Below, piece after piece: positions 53,066-62,586 of a DNA stretch of 64,000 nucleotides (position 1 is the stretch's first letter; every line of letters starts with the position of its first letter). The stretch is from an uncultured delta proteobacterium (GTDB lineage: Bacteria; Desulfobacterota; WTBG01), in contig CAWCBP010000001.1 in the NCBI GenBank assembly GCA_963793865.1, positions 1,184,001 through 1,248,000 on the forward strand, given 5' to 3'. The position numbers and the translations under genes were made by a program. The notes below the pieces were generated by a model, which saw only the letters and a list, made by a program, of their open reading frames with translations, made no database searches and was not told the origin of the DNA.

Positions 53066-53749
53066 TTAGTACGATGCCTCAAGGTTTTGGAGCATGGTGA
53101 TGAGGTGCACAGGAGGGGTCACCAGGGTCAGTTCATCAGGTGAGAGTTTCAGCGCCCGCCTCCATGCCCGGTCACTCACGGTAAACACAGGCTCATTGTC
53201 GATAAAAGCGCGGGGCAGGAGCATGCGGCAGGCGCCCATGCCCGCAAAGCCTCTGATCACGCTGCCCGTGGCGTAACAGTATGCCCGGGTCAGCCGGTGC
53301 ACCTGCTCGGGGGTGGCCAGGATCACCAGCACATCCGGATGGGGAACGCTTCCCAGGGGCCCCATGAGAATGGCCTTAAACACCTCAGGGAAGCCGGGGA
53401 AAAGGGAGCGCGCCTCCCGCTCCGCCTTCTCCTGGATGGCCTCGGTCGGGAAAATGTTCACCGCATTCACATGGTAGCGCTCACTGTCCCGGCGCTGGTC
53501 TTCTGTCATGATGGAAAGGGCCGGATCAAGCCCTGTCGCCGCGCAGCCCAGGAGGCACACGTGATCTTCCAGGACGGTATAAAATGTCTTTCCCTCTTCG
53601 AGCACTTCCCCCATCATGTAGCAGATGTTGTTCTTGTCCCCGTATGCCTGGAAATCAGAAGGCACCTCCTTGCACTGTCTTAGGGCTACTACCTCCTTGC
53701 GGATTTTCAAATCTTCCTTTAATCGGTGCCTGAGAGACAGATCTTCCAT
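53066..53749 (-). CDS. DUF169 family protein
   Basis: CYM, CLLGCAATGL, GPL.....PDVLV..TPEQ..RL, GAC and DEL...P pattern. Confidence 0.75.
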   Translation of the reverse strand: MEDLSLRHRLKEDLKIRKEVVALRQCKEVPSDFQAYGDKNNICYMMGEVLEEGKTFYTVLEDHVCLLGCAATGLDPALSIMTEDQRRDSERYHVNAVNIFPTEAIQEKAEREARSLFPGFPEVFKAILMGPLGSVPHPDVLVILATPEQVHRLTRAYCYATGSVIRGFAGMGACRMLLPRAFIDNEPVFTVSDRAWRRALKLSPDELTLVTPPVHLITMLQNLEASY

Positions 53750-53760
53750 GTGGTATGCCT

Positions 53761-54579
53761 TTAACGGATTGGAACCAGGGTAATCTCAAAGAGCTTGGGC
53801 CACAGCTTCCCGGTCACAAACATGCGGTCATGCTCATCATCATAGGCAATACCGTTGAGCACATCGACAGGCTGGTCGTAGTCTTCAGCGCTCAACAGGC
53901 CGTCAAGCTTAATCCAGCCGGTAACTCTTCCCGTTTCCGGATCAATGCGCGCGACCTTCTCGGTTTTCCAGACATTGGCATACACCTCGCCCTCGATATA
54001 CTCCAGTTCATTGAGCATGCCCACGGGACCCGTTTCGTCATGAACTCCTACCTGCCCCGTCAGCCTGAAGTCTGAAGGGTCAAGAAAATAGAGGGTTGCG
54101 CCGCCGGTGCTCATGATCAGGCGCTTTCCGTCATGGGTAAGCCCCCACCCTTCCGTCCCGTAGACAAACTGCTGCAGGAGCTCAAAGCTTTCCTTATCAT
54201 ACACGAAGCCAACGCGGGATCTCCAGGTTAACTGAATGATCCGGTCCTGGAAAATGGTGATCCCCTCCCCGAAATACAGTCCCGGAAGGGTGTGCAGCTT
54301 CAGCACCTTGCCTGTATCCAGCTCCACCTTGCGGATCGAGGAGTTTCCGTTGAGCCCGGTTCCTTCATAGAGAAAGCCGTCTTCACATACAAGGCCCTGA
54401 GTAAAGGCGCTCCGGTCATGGGGATAGGTATTGACCACCCGGCAGGCATACCATGGCGTGGCATCATGATCCGAGCATGAAGGGAGGGGTAATAAAAGCA
54501 ATACAACCAGGCAGGAGCGGCAGAAAAGCCTGGCAATAATGGACAACTTCACTTCCCGGGTCATAGTGTTTACTGTCAT
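53761..54579 (-). CDS. Glutaminyl-peptide cyclotransferase
   Basis: YPHD..AFTQGL, LYEGTG, FGEG, EGWGLT, LNELE, VLNGIAY, TGKLWP. Confidence 0.93.
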   Translation of the reverse strand: MTVNTMTREVKLSIIARLFCRSCLVVLLLLPLPSCSDHDATPWYACRVVNTYPHDRSAFTQGLVCEDGFLYEGTGLNGNSSIRKVELDTGKVLKLHTLPGLYFGEGITIFQDRIIQLTWRSRVGFVYDKESFELLQQFVYGTEGWGLTHDGKRLIMSTGGATLYFLDPSDFRLTGQVGVHDETGPVGMLNELEYIEGEVYANVWKTEKVARIDPETGRVTGWIKLDGLLSAEDYDQPVDVLNGIAYDDEHDRMFVTGKLWPKLFEITLVPIR

Positions 54580-54653
54580 TGCTATTTCCTGCAGGTTGTC
54601 TGACCGGTATGGTTCACAGGACATGCATACAATAACCAGCTGATGTCTGCGTG

Positions 54654-54762
54654 GTCATTGCGAGCGCAGCGAAGCAATCTCAGTCTTCGTAACACGCTTC
54701 TTTCATTGTTAAAACATAAGATTGCTTCGTCGTCCCGCCGAGGAGGGACTCCTCGCAATGAC
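54654..54762. repeat. Palindromic intergenic repeat (GTCATTGCGAG...CTCGCAATGAC)
   Basis: 11-bp terminal IR plus inner IR CGAAGCAATCT/AGATTGCTTCG. Confidence 0.75.
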
Positions 54763-54943
54763 TGGTTAGAACTATTATTCAAACGAGGAAATGTCCAGCA
54801 AACCATTATGAAACATTCTACCCTGTTTGGGGTTGGTATGGCAAATAAAAGTTTTCTTTATGCCTGCGGCAAGAAAACCGTTTGACCAATCGGGTTCATT
54901 ACGATACTCTTTTACAACCAGCATGACCATGAGAGGGACAATT

Positions 54944-55321
54944 ATGGAACTGCATTCCCCGGCGTCAGAACTTGTCCGGATTCTCTTTACCGCCCTCAAC
55001 AGCCGCGATCTATCCCAGCTCGAGCAGCACCTCGCTGAAGATGCCGGTTTTGATTTTCCCGGGCCCGGTCTCATCCGCGGACGGAAGAAAATTATTCTCT
55101 TCTTAAAAATCCTTTTCAGAAAATTCAGCCGACTGACTTTTTCTTTGCAACGGATCATCGCGGAACAGGATTGTGCCTGCGCGGTCTGGACAAATGGGGG
55201 TGAAGATAAGACCGGGAAACCATACAGCAACCAGGGCATTACCCTGATGGAGATTAGGGAAGGTAAAATCACCTTTCTGAGCGATTATTTTAAAGATACC
55301 TCTTTTACCACCGGCGCATAG
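54944..55321 (+). CDS. NTF2/SnoaL-like protein
   Basis: F.ALN.RD, LAEDA.F.FPG, G..Y.N.G.....I.EGKI....DYF. Confidence 0.85.
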   Translation: MELHSPASELVRILFTALNSRDLSQLEQHLAEDAGFDFPGPGLIRGRKKIILFLKILFRKFSRLTFSLQRIIAEQDCACAVWTNGGEDKTGKPYSNQGITLMEIREGKITFLSDYFKDTSFTTGA

Positions 55322-55333
55322 AACCGGGATTAA

Positions 55334-55351
55334 AAAATAATTAATTATTTA
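55334..55351. promoter_or_regulatory. 18-bp perfect AT-rich palindrome (putative operator) before the flavodoxin-fold gene
   Basis: AAAATAATTAATTATTTT. Confidence 0.45.
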
Positions 55352-55390
55352 ATAATATCAATTATATATATCTATTACCTTAATAATAAC

Positions 55391-56059
55391 ATGAACATTG
55401 TAGCCTTTCATGGCAGCCCCCGAAAAAACAGCAACAGCTCATACATGCTCCGGGAGTTTCTCAGGGGCGCTCTGGAACGGCAGGCTCATGTTGATGAAGT
55501 TTTTGCCGACCGAGCTACGGTGACTAACTGCAGGGGCTGCCTGAAATGCAATCTTATAAAGCGATGTTCCATAAAGGGGGATGACTGGGAAACCCTGCGC
55601 CTGAAAATTCTCAATGCTGACGTACTTGCCTTTGCGTCACCGATTTACTTCCATCATCTGACCGCCCCGCTTAAAAAGATCCTGGACAGGTTTCGCTCTT
55701 TCATGCACGTGCAGATAACCGGGGAGGGCCTTAATCATAGACCCTGGCAGGAGTGGAAGAAGCACTTTGTGCTCCTCCTCTCCCAGGGATCCCCAGATGC
55801 CGCCGACGCAGAGCCGGTGATTGATCTTTTTACCTTCCTCACCCATGCACTGGGTCCCGGAAACAGCCTCCACACCATCGTGGGCACACGGCTGGCGGTC
55901 AAAGGACAGGTGACCATGAACGGGGAAGAGCTCAGCTCCCTGTATGCCAAGCTGGAGCTGCCTGCCTCCCTGGCAGACACAGACCGACAGCGTAACCAGG
56001 CACTTTTACAATCGTGCTATGAGCTGGGACGCAGGCTGGCGGGAAAAAATGGTGTCTGA
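55391..56059 (+). CDS. Iron-sulfur flavoprotein / NADPH-dependent FMN reductase family
   Basis: GSPRKNSNS, CRGCLKC...C, ASPIYF, KKILDR. Confidence 0.85.
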   Translation: MNIVAFHGSPRKNSNSSYMLREFLRGALERQAHVDEVFADRATVTNCRGCLKCNLIKRCSIKGDDWETLRLKILNADVLAFASPIYFHHLTAPLKKILDRFRSFMHVQITGEGLNHRPWQEWKKHFVLLLSQGSPDAADAEPVIDLFTFLTHALGPGNSLHTIVGTRLAVKGQVTMNGEELSSLYAKLELPASLADTDRQRNQALLQSCYELGRRLAGKNGV

Positions 56060-56131
56060 CTTGCGTAATCGGGTTTTGTTTGGTAGATGTTAATCAACCA
56101 CTTTTAACAAATCTGGCAAGGAGGTAAAACG

Positions 56132-56635
56132 ATGAAATCATCAAAACGAACCACCATCATAGTGTCGCTGCTTGCTGTTTTTGTGCTGGCCGGCATTTCC
56201 GCTGCAGTTCAGGCGGCACCTCGCAGAGGAGACGGGGCGCTCCACAGGCCCGGTCATTTTATGAACATCATCGACTTCCTGCTCGATCTCGATCTTACCC
56301 CGGAGCAGAAAAACGACCTGCAGGCAATTTTCACCGAAGCGCAGGACACCCTCAAGCCGTTGATGGGGGATATGCATGAATTACGGTCGGCAATGGATGA
56401 AACGTTTTTAGGGGAAGAAATCGATTCGGCAAAGGCCTCGTCGCAGATAGAAGAGATGTCCCGGCTCAAGGCGCAGATAACCACGGCCGGTCTCAATGCC
56501 ATGCTGCAGGCGGCGCAGGTCCTCACTCCCGAGCAGCGTCAGACCATCATTGATACAAGGAATGAATGGAAAAGCTGCTTCACCCGCCTGCGGAATATGA
56601 TGCTCGGCCTCTTTGGCCAAGGCCCCGCGGACTAA
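56132..56635 (+). CDS. Spy/CpxP family periplasmic protein
   Basis: Signal peptide and two LTPEQ motifs. Confidence 0.87.
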   Translation: MKSSKRTTIIVSLLAVFVLAGISAAVQAAPRRGDGALHRPGHFMNIIDFLLDLDLTPEQKNDLQAIFTEAQDTLKPLMGDMHELRSAMDETFLGEEIDSAKASSQIEEMSRLKAQITTAGLNAMLQAAQVLTPEQRQTIIDTRNEWKSCFTRLRNMMLGLFGQGPAD

Positions 56636-56642
56636 CCGGCTT

Positions 56643-57542
56643 TTATTTATATAAAAGCCTGGGCTGGCCTTCCAGCAGCTGTATCCAATTGTCAGCGATT
56701 CTTTTAAAGGCATCCTTTACCGCACCGGGATCGGCAGAGGCCACCATCGGTGTTCCGCTGTCACCGCAGTCGACCATCTCCGGATCGAGGGGAATGCTCC
56801 CCAGGAAAGGAACCAGCATTTCCCTCGCCGCCTTTTCTCCCCCTCCCTTCTTAAAAAGATCGATGCTTGTGCCGCAGTGCGGACACATAAAGCCGCTCAT
56901 ATTTTCCACAATGCCCACCAGCGGAATCCCCAGGTGCCGGGCAAAGGTGACCGACTTCCTGCTGTCGAGCAGGGCCACGTCCTGCGGGGTGGTGACAATG
57001 ATCGCGCCGGCAACCCCCTTGATCAGATGGGCCACGCTGAGGGCTTCATCACCCGTTCCGGGAGGGAGATCAACAATCAGGAAATCGAGCTCGCCCCAGT
57101 CCACCTCACCAAGAAACTGCCGGATCAGGTTGTGCTTGAGGGGGCCGCGCCATATAACCGCATCGTCTTTTGACTGCAGGAAAAAACCGATGGACATGAC
57201 CTTGAGACCATAGGGGGTGGCAATCGGCGCCAGCCCTTCGGCCGCGGCGAAGGGGCGTTCGTCTTCAATCCCCATCATCTTGGGAATGTTGGGGCCGTGG
57301 ATATCAGCGTCCATCAAGCCGACCCGGTAGCCCTCCATGGCGAGGGTCACCGCCAGGTTTGTGGCCACGGTGCTCTTCCCCACGCCGCCCTTGCCGCTCA
57401 TGACCATGCACTTGTGTTTTATCGACGCCATCCTCTGCCGGAGCAGCCCCTGCTCATGGTCATCCTTCTTTTTGCTGTCACAGACATCACTCTTTCCGCA
57501 GTCTCCGCAGCTCTGTTTGTCATCGCAACTGTTTTCCGCCAT
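56643..57542 (-). CDS. apbC: Mrp/NBP35 (ApbC) Fe-S cluster carrier ATPase
   Basis: N-terminal Cys cluster, SGKGGVGKS, DADIHGP, DLPPGTGD, ENMS...CPHC. Confidence 0.92.
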   Translation of the reverse strand: MAENSCDDKQSCGDCGKSDVCDSKKKDDHEQGLLRQRMASIKHKCMVMSGKGGVGKSTVATNLAVTLAMEGYRVGLMDADIHGPNIPKMMGIEDERPFAAAEGLAPIATPYGLKVMSIGFFLQSKDDAVIWRGPLKHNLIRQFLGEVDWGELDFLIVDLPPGTGDEALSVAHLIKGVAGAIIVTTPQDVALLDSRKSVTFARHLGIPLVGIVENMSGFMCPHCGTSIDLFKKGGGEKAAREMLVPFLGSIPLDPEMVDCGDSGTPMVASADPGAVKDAFKRIADNWIQLLEGQPRLLYK

Positions 57543-57770
57543 ACCTGCTCCCTGTTTGGATGAACTATAGTATTGATCTGACGCGAAGCATTGCATCACC
57601 GGCCTTATCGAAACCCCATCGCCGCATCCGTATGCGCCGCCGGTGCGCTCCGCAGCCGACGCTTTTCCATGCTCCCGCCCCACTGCCCCGCGGGCGGCAA
57701 AAAAGTACTCAAGCCGGTGAGCGGCATTCCGATACCGTCCGTGTAATCCCCCTGCTCTGACCGATAGTAT

Positions 57771-57799
57771 TTGACAAAGGTGGCATATTTTTTTATTAT
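57771..57799 (+). promoter_or_regulatory. Putative sigma-70 promoter for plsX
   Basis: TTGACA followed 16-17 nt later by TATTAT. Confidence 0.5.
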
Positions 57800-57973
57800 G
57801 TCTTCCATTGTCAGCAGCAGAAGAGCTGATCCGCGCACATCCGAGAATGCCCCTCATTGGTTACTTCATCCATCTCCGGAAGCGAAGGGTGTGGGTCGTG
57901 CCTCATGGAAGAAGATGCGCATTGGATGTGAGTGCGGGACGGCAAACACCGGCAAAAGGTATACTCCACTCTT

Positions 57974-59056
57974 ATGCAAATTGCAAATCATACTGACAGG
58001 ATAAAAATTTCCCTTGATGCGATGGGAGGGGATTTTGCTCCCAAAACCACGGTCGAGGGCGCTGTGCAGGCAGCGCAGGAATTTAATATCGCCACCATCC
58101 TGGTGGGCAACGAATCCGTGCTGGCGGAGGAATTGTCATCCTACGATCATTCGGGACTTCCCATTGAAATCAGGCATGCCCCCGAAATCATCACCATGGA
58201 TGAGTCTCCGCTCAACCTGATACGAAAAAAGAGGAACTCCTCGATCCGCGTCGCCTTTGATCTGGTGAAAAGCGGCGAGGCCCGGGCAGTTGTCACTGCG
58301 GGCAATTCGGGGGCGGCCTTAACCGCCGCTCTTTTCGTGCTGGACAACATCAGGGGCATTGACCGGCCGGCGATTGCCACCATCATGCCGACCCTCACCG
58401 GATCGGTGATTGTGATTGACGCCGGTGCAAACACCATCTGCAAGCCCTTCAACCTGGTGCAGTTTGCCCTCATGGGTTCCGTGTACGGGCAATGTCTGCT
58501 GGGCACAAAGAACCCGCGCGTTGGCGTATTAAGCAACGGCGAGGAGGATTCCAAGGGCACCAAATTGACCCGGGAATCCAGCGCCCTGCTCAAGGACAGC
58601 GCCCTCAATTACATCGGTTACGTTGAGGGCAAGGAGGTATTCAAAGGCGACGTGGATGTTGTGGTCTGTGACGGCTTTGTCGGCAACGTTCTGCTCAAGG
58701 TCAGCGAGGGCATTGCGGAGACCATCATAGCCGCCCTTAAAAACGAGATTCAGAAAAGCCTCTCCTCCCAGCTGGGCTATATCCTGGCAAAAAAGTCCTT
58801 CGATGATTTCAAGAAATGGTTTGACTACGCCAACTACGGCGGTTCGCCCCTGCTCGGGGTCAACGGGGGCGTCATTATAAGCCACGGCCGGTCAAACGCG
58901 AAGGCCATAAAAAATGCCATCCGCGTAGCCAACGAACTGGTCCAACAAAAGGTAATAGAACATCTCGAAGACCAACTGAAAGAGAGCCGTGACCTCCACA
59001 CCGTGGGGAAAAAGCACGGCATTTTCGACAAGGTGTTCGGGAAAGAACCACACTAA
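57974..59056 (+). CDS. plsX: Phosphate acyltransferase PlsX
   Basis: DAMGGDFAP, AGNSGA, IDRPAI, DAGAN, NGEE..KG, CDGFVGN, SHGRS. Confidence 0.96.
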   Translation: MQIANHTDRIKISLDAMGGDFAPKTTVEGAVQAAQEFNIATILVGNESVLAEELSSYDHSGLPIEIRHAPEIITMDESPLNLIRKKRNSSIRVAFDLVKSGEARAVVTAGNSGAALTAALFVLDNIRGIDRPAIATIMPTLTGSVIVIDAGANTICKPFNLVQFALMGSVYGQCLLGTKNPRVGVLSNGEEDSKGTKLTRESSALLKDSALNYIGYVEGKEVFKGDVDVVVCDGFVGNVLLKVSEGIAETIIAALKNEIQKSLSSQLGYILAKKSFDDFKKWFDYANYGGSPLLGVNGGVIISHGRSNAKAIKNAIRVANELVQQKVIEHLEDQLKESRDLHTVGKKHGIFDKVFGKEPH

Positions 59057-59246
59057 AAACCGCACCCACTTTCACAGCCCGCCCCGCTTGAGCACCTCAT
59101 CAGTCCGGCACAACAAATAAACGTTCAGGATGATAACCATCCGTGGTCGGGGAGAGGGTTCGCTTGACATGCACAAATAGATATGTTAAATAATTAGCGA
59201 TTTTTTCGGACTTAAGCCCGATAGAATAAGGACTAAGACTATTCTC

Positions 59247-59681
59247 ATGAAAAACAGATGCATCATTTGCATAGTTGCCTGCCTGATAACTTTTTCTGGG
59301 GGCATTAACAGCTTCGTGCTATGCTTCGGCCCTGACGGCCATATGCATATTGAATCAACCGTCAATGGGGTTGACTGCGGACACCGCGCGCTCTTACCCG
59401 TTACGGAAGACGACCTCCAGCATCTTACATCGGATTCACCCGCTTCAACTGCACCCTGTTATTCCTGCACCGATATTCCCCTTGCATTCCCCCGTTACCT
59501 GTTTGGACAAAACAGTTACGCGAGGTATCCAGATACCCATAAAACGGCAATCATGCTAGTCCTTCCTTCTGCTGCTTCCCAACACAGCCTTCAAGGCATG
59601 CCTCCGGACTCTCGTCTCAAAGCGCCCATACGAAGTCATCACACCCTCAGTGATCTCTTAAGCATCTCTCTTCGCATTTAA
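59247..59681 (+). CDS. Exported His/Cys-containing protein leading the metal efflux operon (CzcI-like position)
   Basis: Signal-like N-terminus, VLCFGPDGHMHIE, CYSCTD, C-terminal ..ISLRI; upstream TTGACA promoter. Confidence 0.6.
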   Translation: MKNRCIICIVACLITFSGGINSFVLCFGPDGHMHIESTVNGVDCGHRALLPVTEDDLQHLTSDSPASTAPCYSCTDIPLAFPRYLFGQNSYARYPDTHKTAIMLVLPSAASQHSLQGMPPDSRLKAPIRSHHTLSDLLSISLRI

Positions 59682-59795
59682 GAGCAATCTTTCCGGTACC
59701 TGTCCCAGATCTCTTCCAGTATGTATCGATTGCCCGCGCACGATCGCGGGAAGCTCATCTTTTTGGATGGTACAGTATTCTGCAGGAGGTTTCCC

Positions 59796-61181
59796 ATGCG
59801 CTACACATTATGCAAAACCGCCCTCACCATATCTGTGTCGGCCTTGTTCATCGGGTACGCCACAGCAAAGGCTGACCGGCCATGGCCTGAACCGCGACCG
59901 CTTGGTTCAGGCATTCCAACCTTCTCGGCTTCCGCACAACCGCCGGTAACCGACAACCGTCAGCGGACAATCGGAGCACCGGTTGAAACCATCACCATCG
60001 ATGACGCTCTGAAACGCGCCCTCATGAACAATCCGGAACTGGCTGCCTCGTCATGGGAGGCGCGGTCAGGAGAAGCACGAACCCACCAGGCGCGGCTCTA
60101 CCCCAATCCCGAGATCGAGGTTGAAATCGAGGAATTCGGCGGATCAAAAGAGCAGGAAGACGGCGGAAAATCATCCGATTCACTCAAGCGCTTCGACGGC
60201 GCGGAAACTACCGTCAAGATGAGCCAGCTCATTGAGCTGGGAGGGAAACGATCCAAGCGCACGCGGGCTGCAACACTTGAACACAGTGTGCTCGGATGGG
60301 ATTTTGAAGCCAGGCGCCTCGATCTGATCACCGAGGTCAGCACTTCCTTCATTGAGGTGCTGGCCCTTCAAAAAAGGCTCCTGCTGGCAGATGATCTGGT
60401 TCAACTATCGGAGGATCTTTTCAAAACCGTTACCGAGCGGGTCCGCGCCGGCAAGGTAGCACCCATAGAAGAAACAAATGCACAGATAGCGCTCTCCAAC
60501 GTCCAGATCGGACGGCAACGGGTTATGCGAGATTTGGAGTCGGCACGCAAAAAGCTCGCGGCTACCTGGGGAAGCACAGCACCTGACTTTAAACAGGTAA
60601 CCGGCGAAATCGAAAACGTATCCTCCCCGCCGTCATTTGAGCAACTGCTCAACGAAGTGTCACAAAATCCGGACATCGCACGCTGGAAAACCGAAGTCGA
60701 ACAGCGCGAAGCCGCCCTTGAAGTAGCCAAGGCAGACCGGATATCGGACCTCACTCTCGGGGCCGGCATTAAATACCTTAATGAATCCGACGATGAAACG
60801 TACCTGATGGCGTTATCACTTCCGCTGCCCCTTTTAAACCGCAACCAGGGAGGAGTGCTGGAAGCATCATACAATATCAGCAGGACAAAAGAGGAAGCCG
60901 CCGCTGCCGAGGTGAAAGTTGCCACAGCAGCGCATGAAACCTATCAGAACCTTTTGAGCGCTTTTGACGAAGTAACCACGCTTCGAAATATTGTCCTTCC
61001 CGGCGCTCTTACATCATTCAACGCCGCGCGCGAGGGTTATAGGGAAGGCAAGTTCAGTCACCTGATCGTCCTCGATGCCCAGCGCACGCTCATTGAAACG
61101 GAACAGGAGTATGTAAATGCACTGGTCGATTACCACACGTCAAAATCTTCATTAGAGCGCCTTATTGCGAAGGAGCTCTAG
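59796..61181 (+). CDS. TolC family outer membrane factor (CzcC-like)
   Basis: NNPEL, PNP, ELGGKR..R, PL.NRNQG, Y.EG.....VLDAQR; AGGAGG RBS. Confidence 0.92.
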   Translation: MRYTLCKTALTISVSALFIGYATAKADRPWPEPRPLGSGIPTFSASAQPPVTDNRQRTIGAPVETITIDDALKRALMNNPELAASSWEARSGEARTHQARLYPNPEIEVEIEEFGGSKEQEDGGKSSDSLKRFDGAETTVKMSQLIELGGKRSKRTRAATLEHSVLGWDFEARRLDLITEVSTSFIEVLALQKRLLLADDLVQLSEDLFKTVTERVRAGKVAPIEETNAQIALSNVQIGRQRVMRDLESARKKLAATWGSTAPDFKQVTGEIENVSSPPSFEQLLNEVSQNPDIARWKTEVEQREAALEVAKADRISDLTLGAGIKYLNESDDETYLMALSLPLPLLNRNQGGVLEASYNISRTKEEAAAAEVKVATAAHETYQNLLSAFDEVTTLRNIVLPGALTSFNAAREGYREGKFSHLIVLDAQRTLIETEQEYVNALVDYHTSKSSLERLIAKEL

Positions 61182-61197
61182 ACAAGGGAGGTAGTAG

Positions 61198-62577
61198 ATG
61201 AAAAACATAACCAGCAACGGCAAAACGACACTCCTTGTTGCCGCCACGGTCTTGGTCATTGCCACTATAGTAGCAACGGGCAGGTGGCGCGCTGTTCCGG
61301 AGAACAGCAGCGCTGCTTCAGACAGCCATGCAGCCGAGGAAGTATCACCATCCCCCCATCAACATGAAAACGATGCTGCAGATGGAGAAGAGGTAATTTC
61401 AGATCTTGACAGGCCGGTGGATGAGTTGTGGAAGGCAACATGCGAGCACGAAATGCCGACCCATGCCTGCAGCGAGTGCAGGTACGAAATTGGCGTTGTC
61501 AAGCTCTCGCCTGAAGTGATGGGAAACGGCGGCGAGGCCGGCCTGGTCACTACGGTAACCGCTGAAGCGAAGGACTTTTCGAGAATCCTTTCTCTCATTG
61601 GCGACATCAGCATGAATGAATCACAAACCGTCCGCATCTCAAGCCCTGAGGCCGGTATAGCGCGCAGCTTTATTGCAGATATCGGGCAAAAAGTTGCACC
61701 GGGTGACCGTGTCATCGAAATAGACAGCAAAGAAGTGGCAGAAGCCAAGGCGGATTATCTGAAAAAGCTTGCGATGGTGAAGCTGGCCAGGAAAAATGCC
61801 GAGCGCGAAGCATCGCTTTTCGCAAAAAAAATATCCGCAGAAATTGAAGTGCAGGAAGCCAGGGCAAAGCTGGCCGAGGCGGAAATTGAATGGGCGAACG
61901 CACAGGGCCATCTGAAAACCCACGGCCTCACCCAGGCTGACATCGACCGGCTGAGTCAGGGAACGCTTCAGACCATAGACGGAATATTTTCTCTGCGCTC
62001 ACCGATTGCGGGTATTGTTCTCAACCGCTCCGTCAATGCAGGCGAGCAGGTGGAACCGGGTAAAGAGCTTTTGCTCATATCCGACCTTACCAACGTATGG
62101 GTCTGGGCCAACATTAAGGAAGAAGATCTCGTCCAGCTTCAACAGGGGGAAAAGGTTGTGGCTGAAATCGAGGTGCCCGGCATGGGCGGGAAAAGGCACA
62201 GCGGCACCATGGACCTGGTTTCAGGCGATATTAATGCGCAGACCCATAATGCACGGGCGCGCATCGTCGTCCCCAACACTGACGGCCTGTTGAAACCCGG
62301 CATGTTTGTCAATATCCGTCTTCTGTTGCCGGGAACAGAACCCTCAATCATCATACCAAAAGTGGCGGTTTTGTCTGACGAGGGCCGCCAGTTCGTATTT
62401 GTTCATAAACAAGATGACTACTGGATCCGCCGTCCGGTTACCACGGGGGCCGGCTTTAATGACCAGATATCAATCCTCAGCGGTCTCTCGATGGGTCAGA
62501 AGATTATAGCAGACGGATCGTTTCTTTTGAAATCAGACGTGTTGAGAGAAAAAATGGGCGCAGGATGCGCAGACTAG
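61198..62577 (+). CDS. RND efflux periplasmic adaptor (CzcB/CusB-like)
   Basis: Lipoyl halves (RSPIAG...GEQV), DL..VWV, N.DG.LKPGMFV; extra CEH...HACSEC motif. Confidence 0.92.
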   Translation: MKNITSNGKTTLLVAATVLVIATIVATGRWRAVPENSSAASDSHAAEEVSPSPHQHENDAADGEEVISDLDRPVDELWKATCEHEMPTHACSECRYEIGVVKLSPEVMGNGGEAGLVTTVTAEAKDFSRILSLIGDISMNESQTVRISSPEAGIARSFIADIGQKVAPGDRVIEIDSKEVAEAKADYLKKLAMVKLARKNAEREASLFAKKISAEIEVQEARAKLAEAEIEWANAQGHLKTHGLTQADIDRLSQGTLQTIDGIFSLRSPIAGIVLNRSVNAGEQVEPGKELLLISDLTNVWVWANIKEEDLVQLQQGEKVVAEIEVPGMGGKRHSGTMDLVSGDINAQTHNARARIVVPNTDGLLKPGMFVNIRLLLPGTEPSIIIPKVAVLSDEGRQFVFVHKQDDYWIRRPVTTGAGFNDQISILSGLSMGQKIIADGSFLLKSDVLREKMGAGCAD

Positions 62578-62586
62578 GAGAGAATA

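Noticed and set aside
57800..57973. rpmF (L32) expected upstream of plsX
   Set aside because: No frame gives an L32-like sequence; the region appears to be an untranslated leader.
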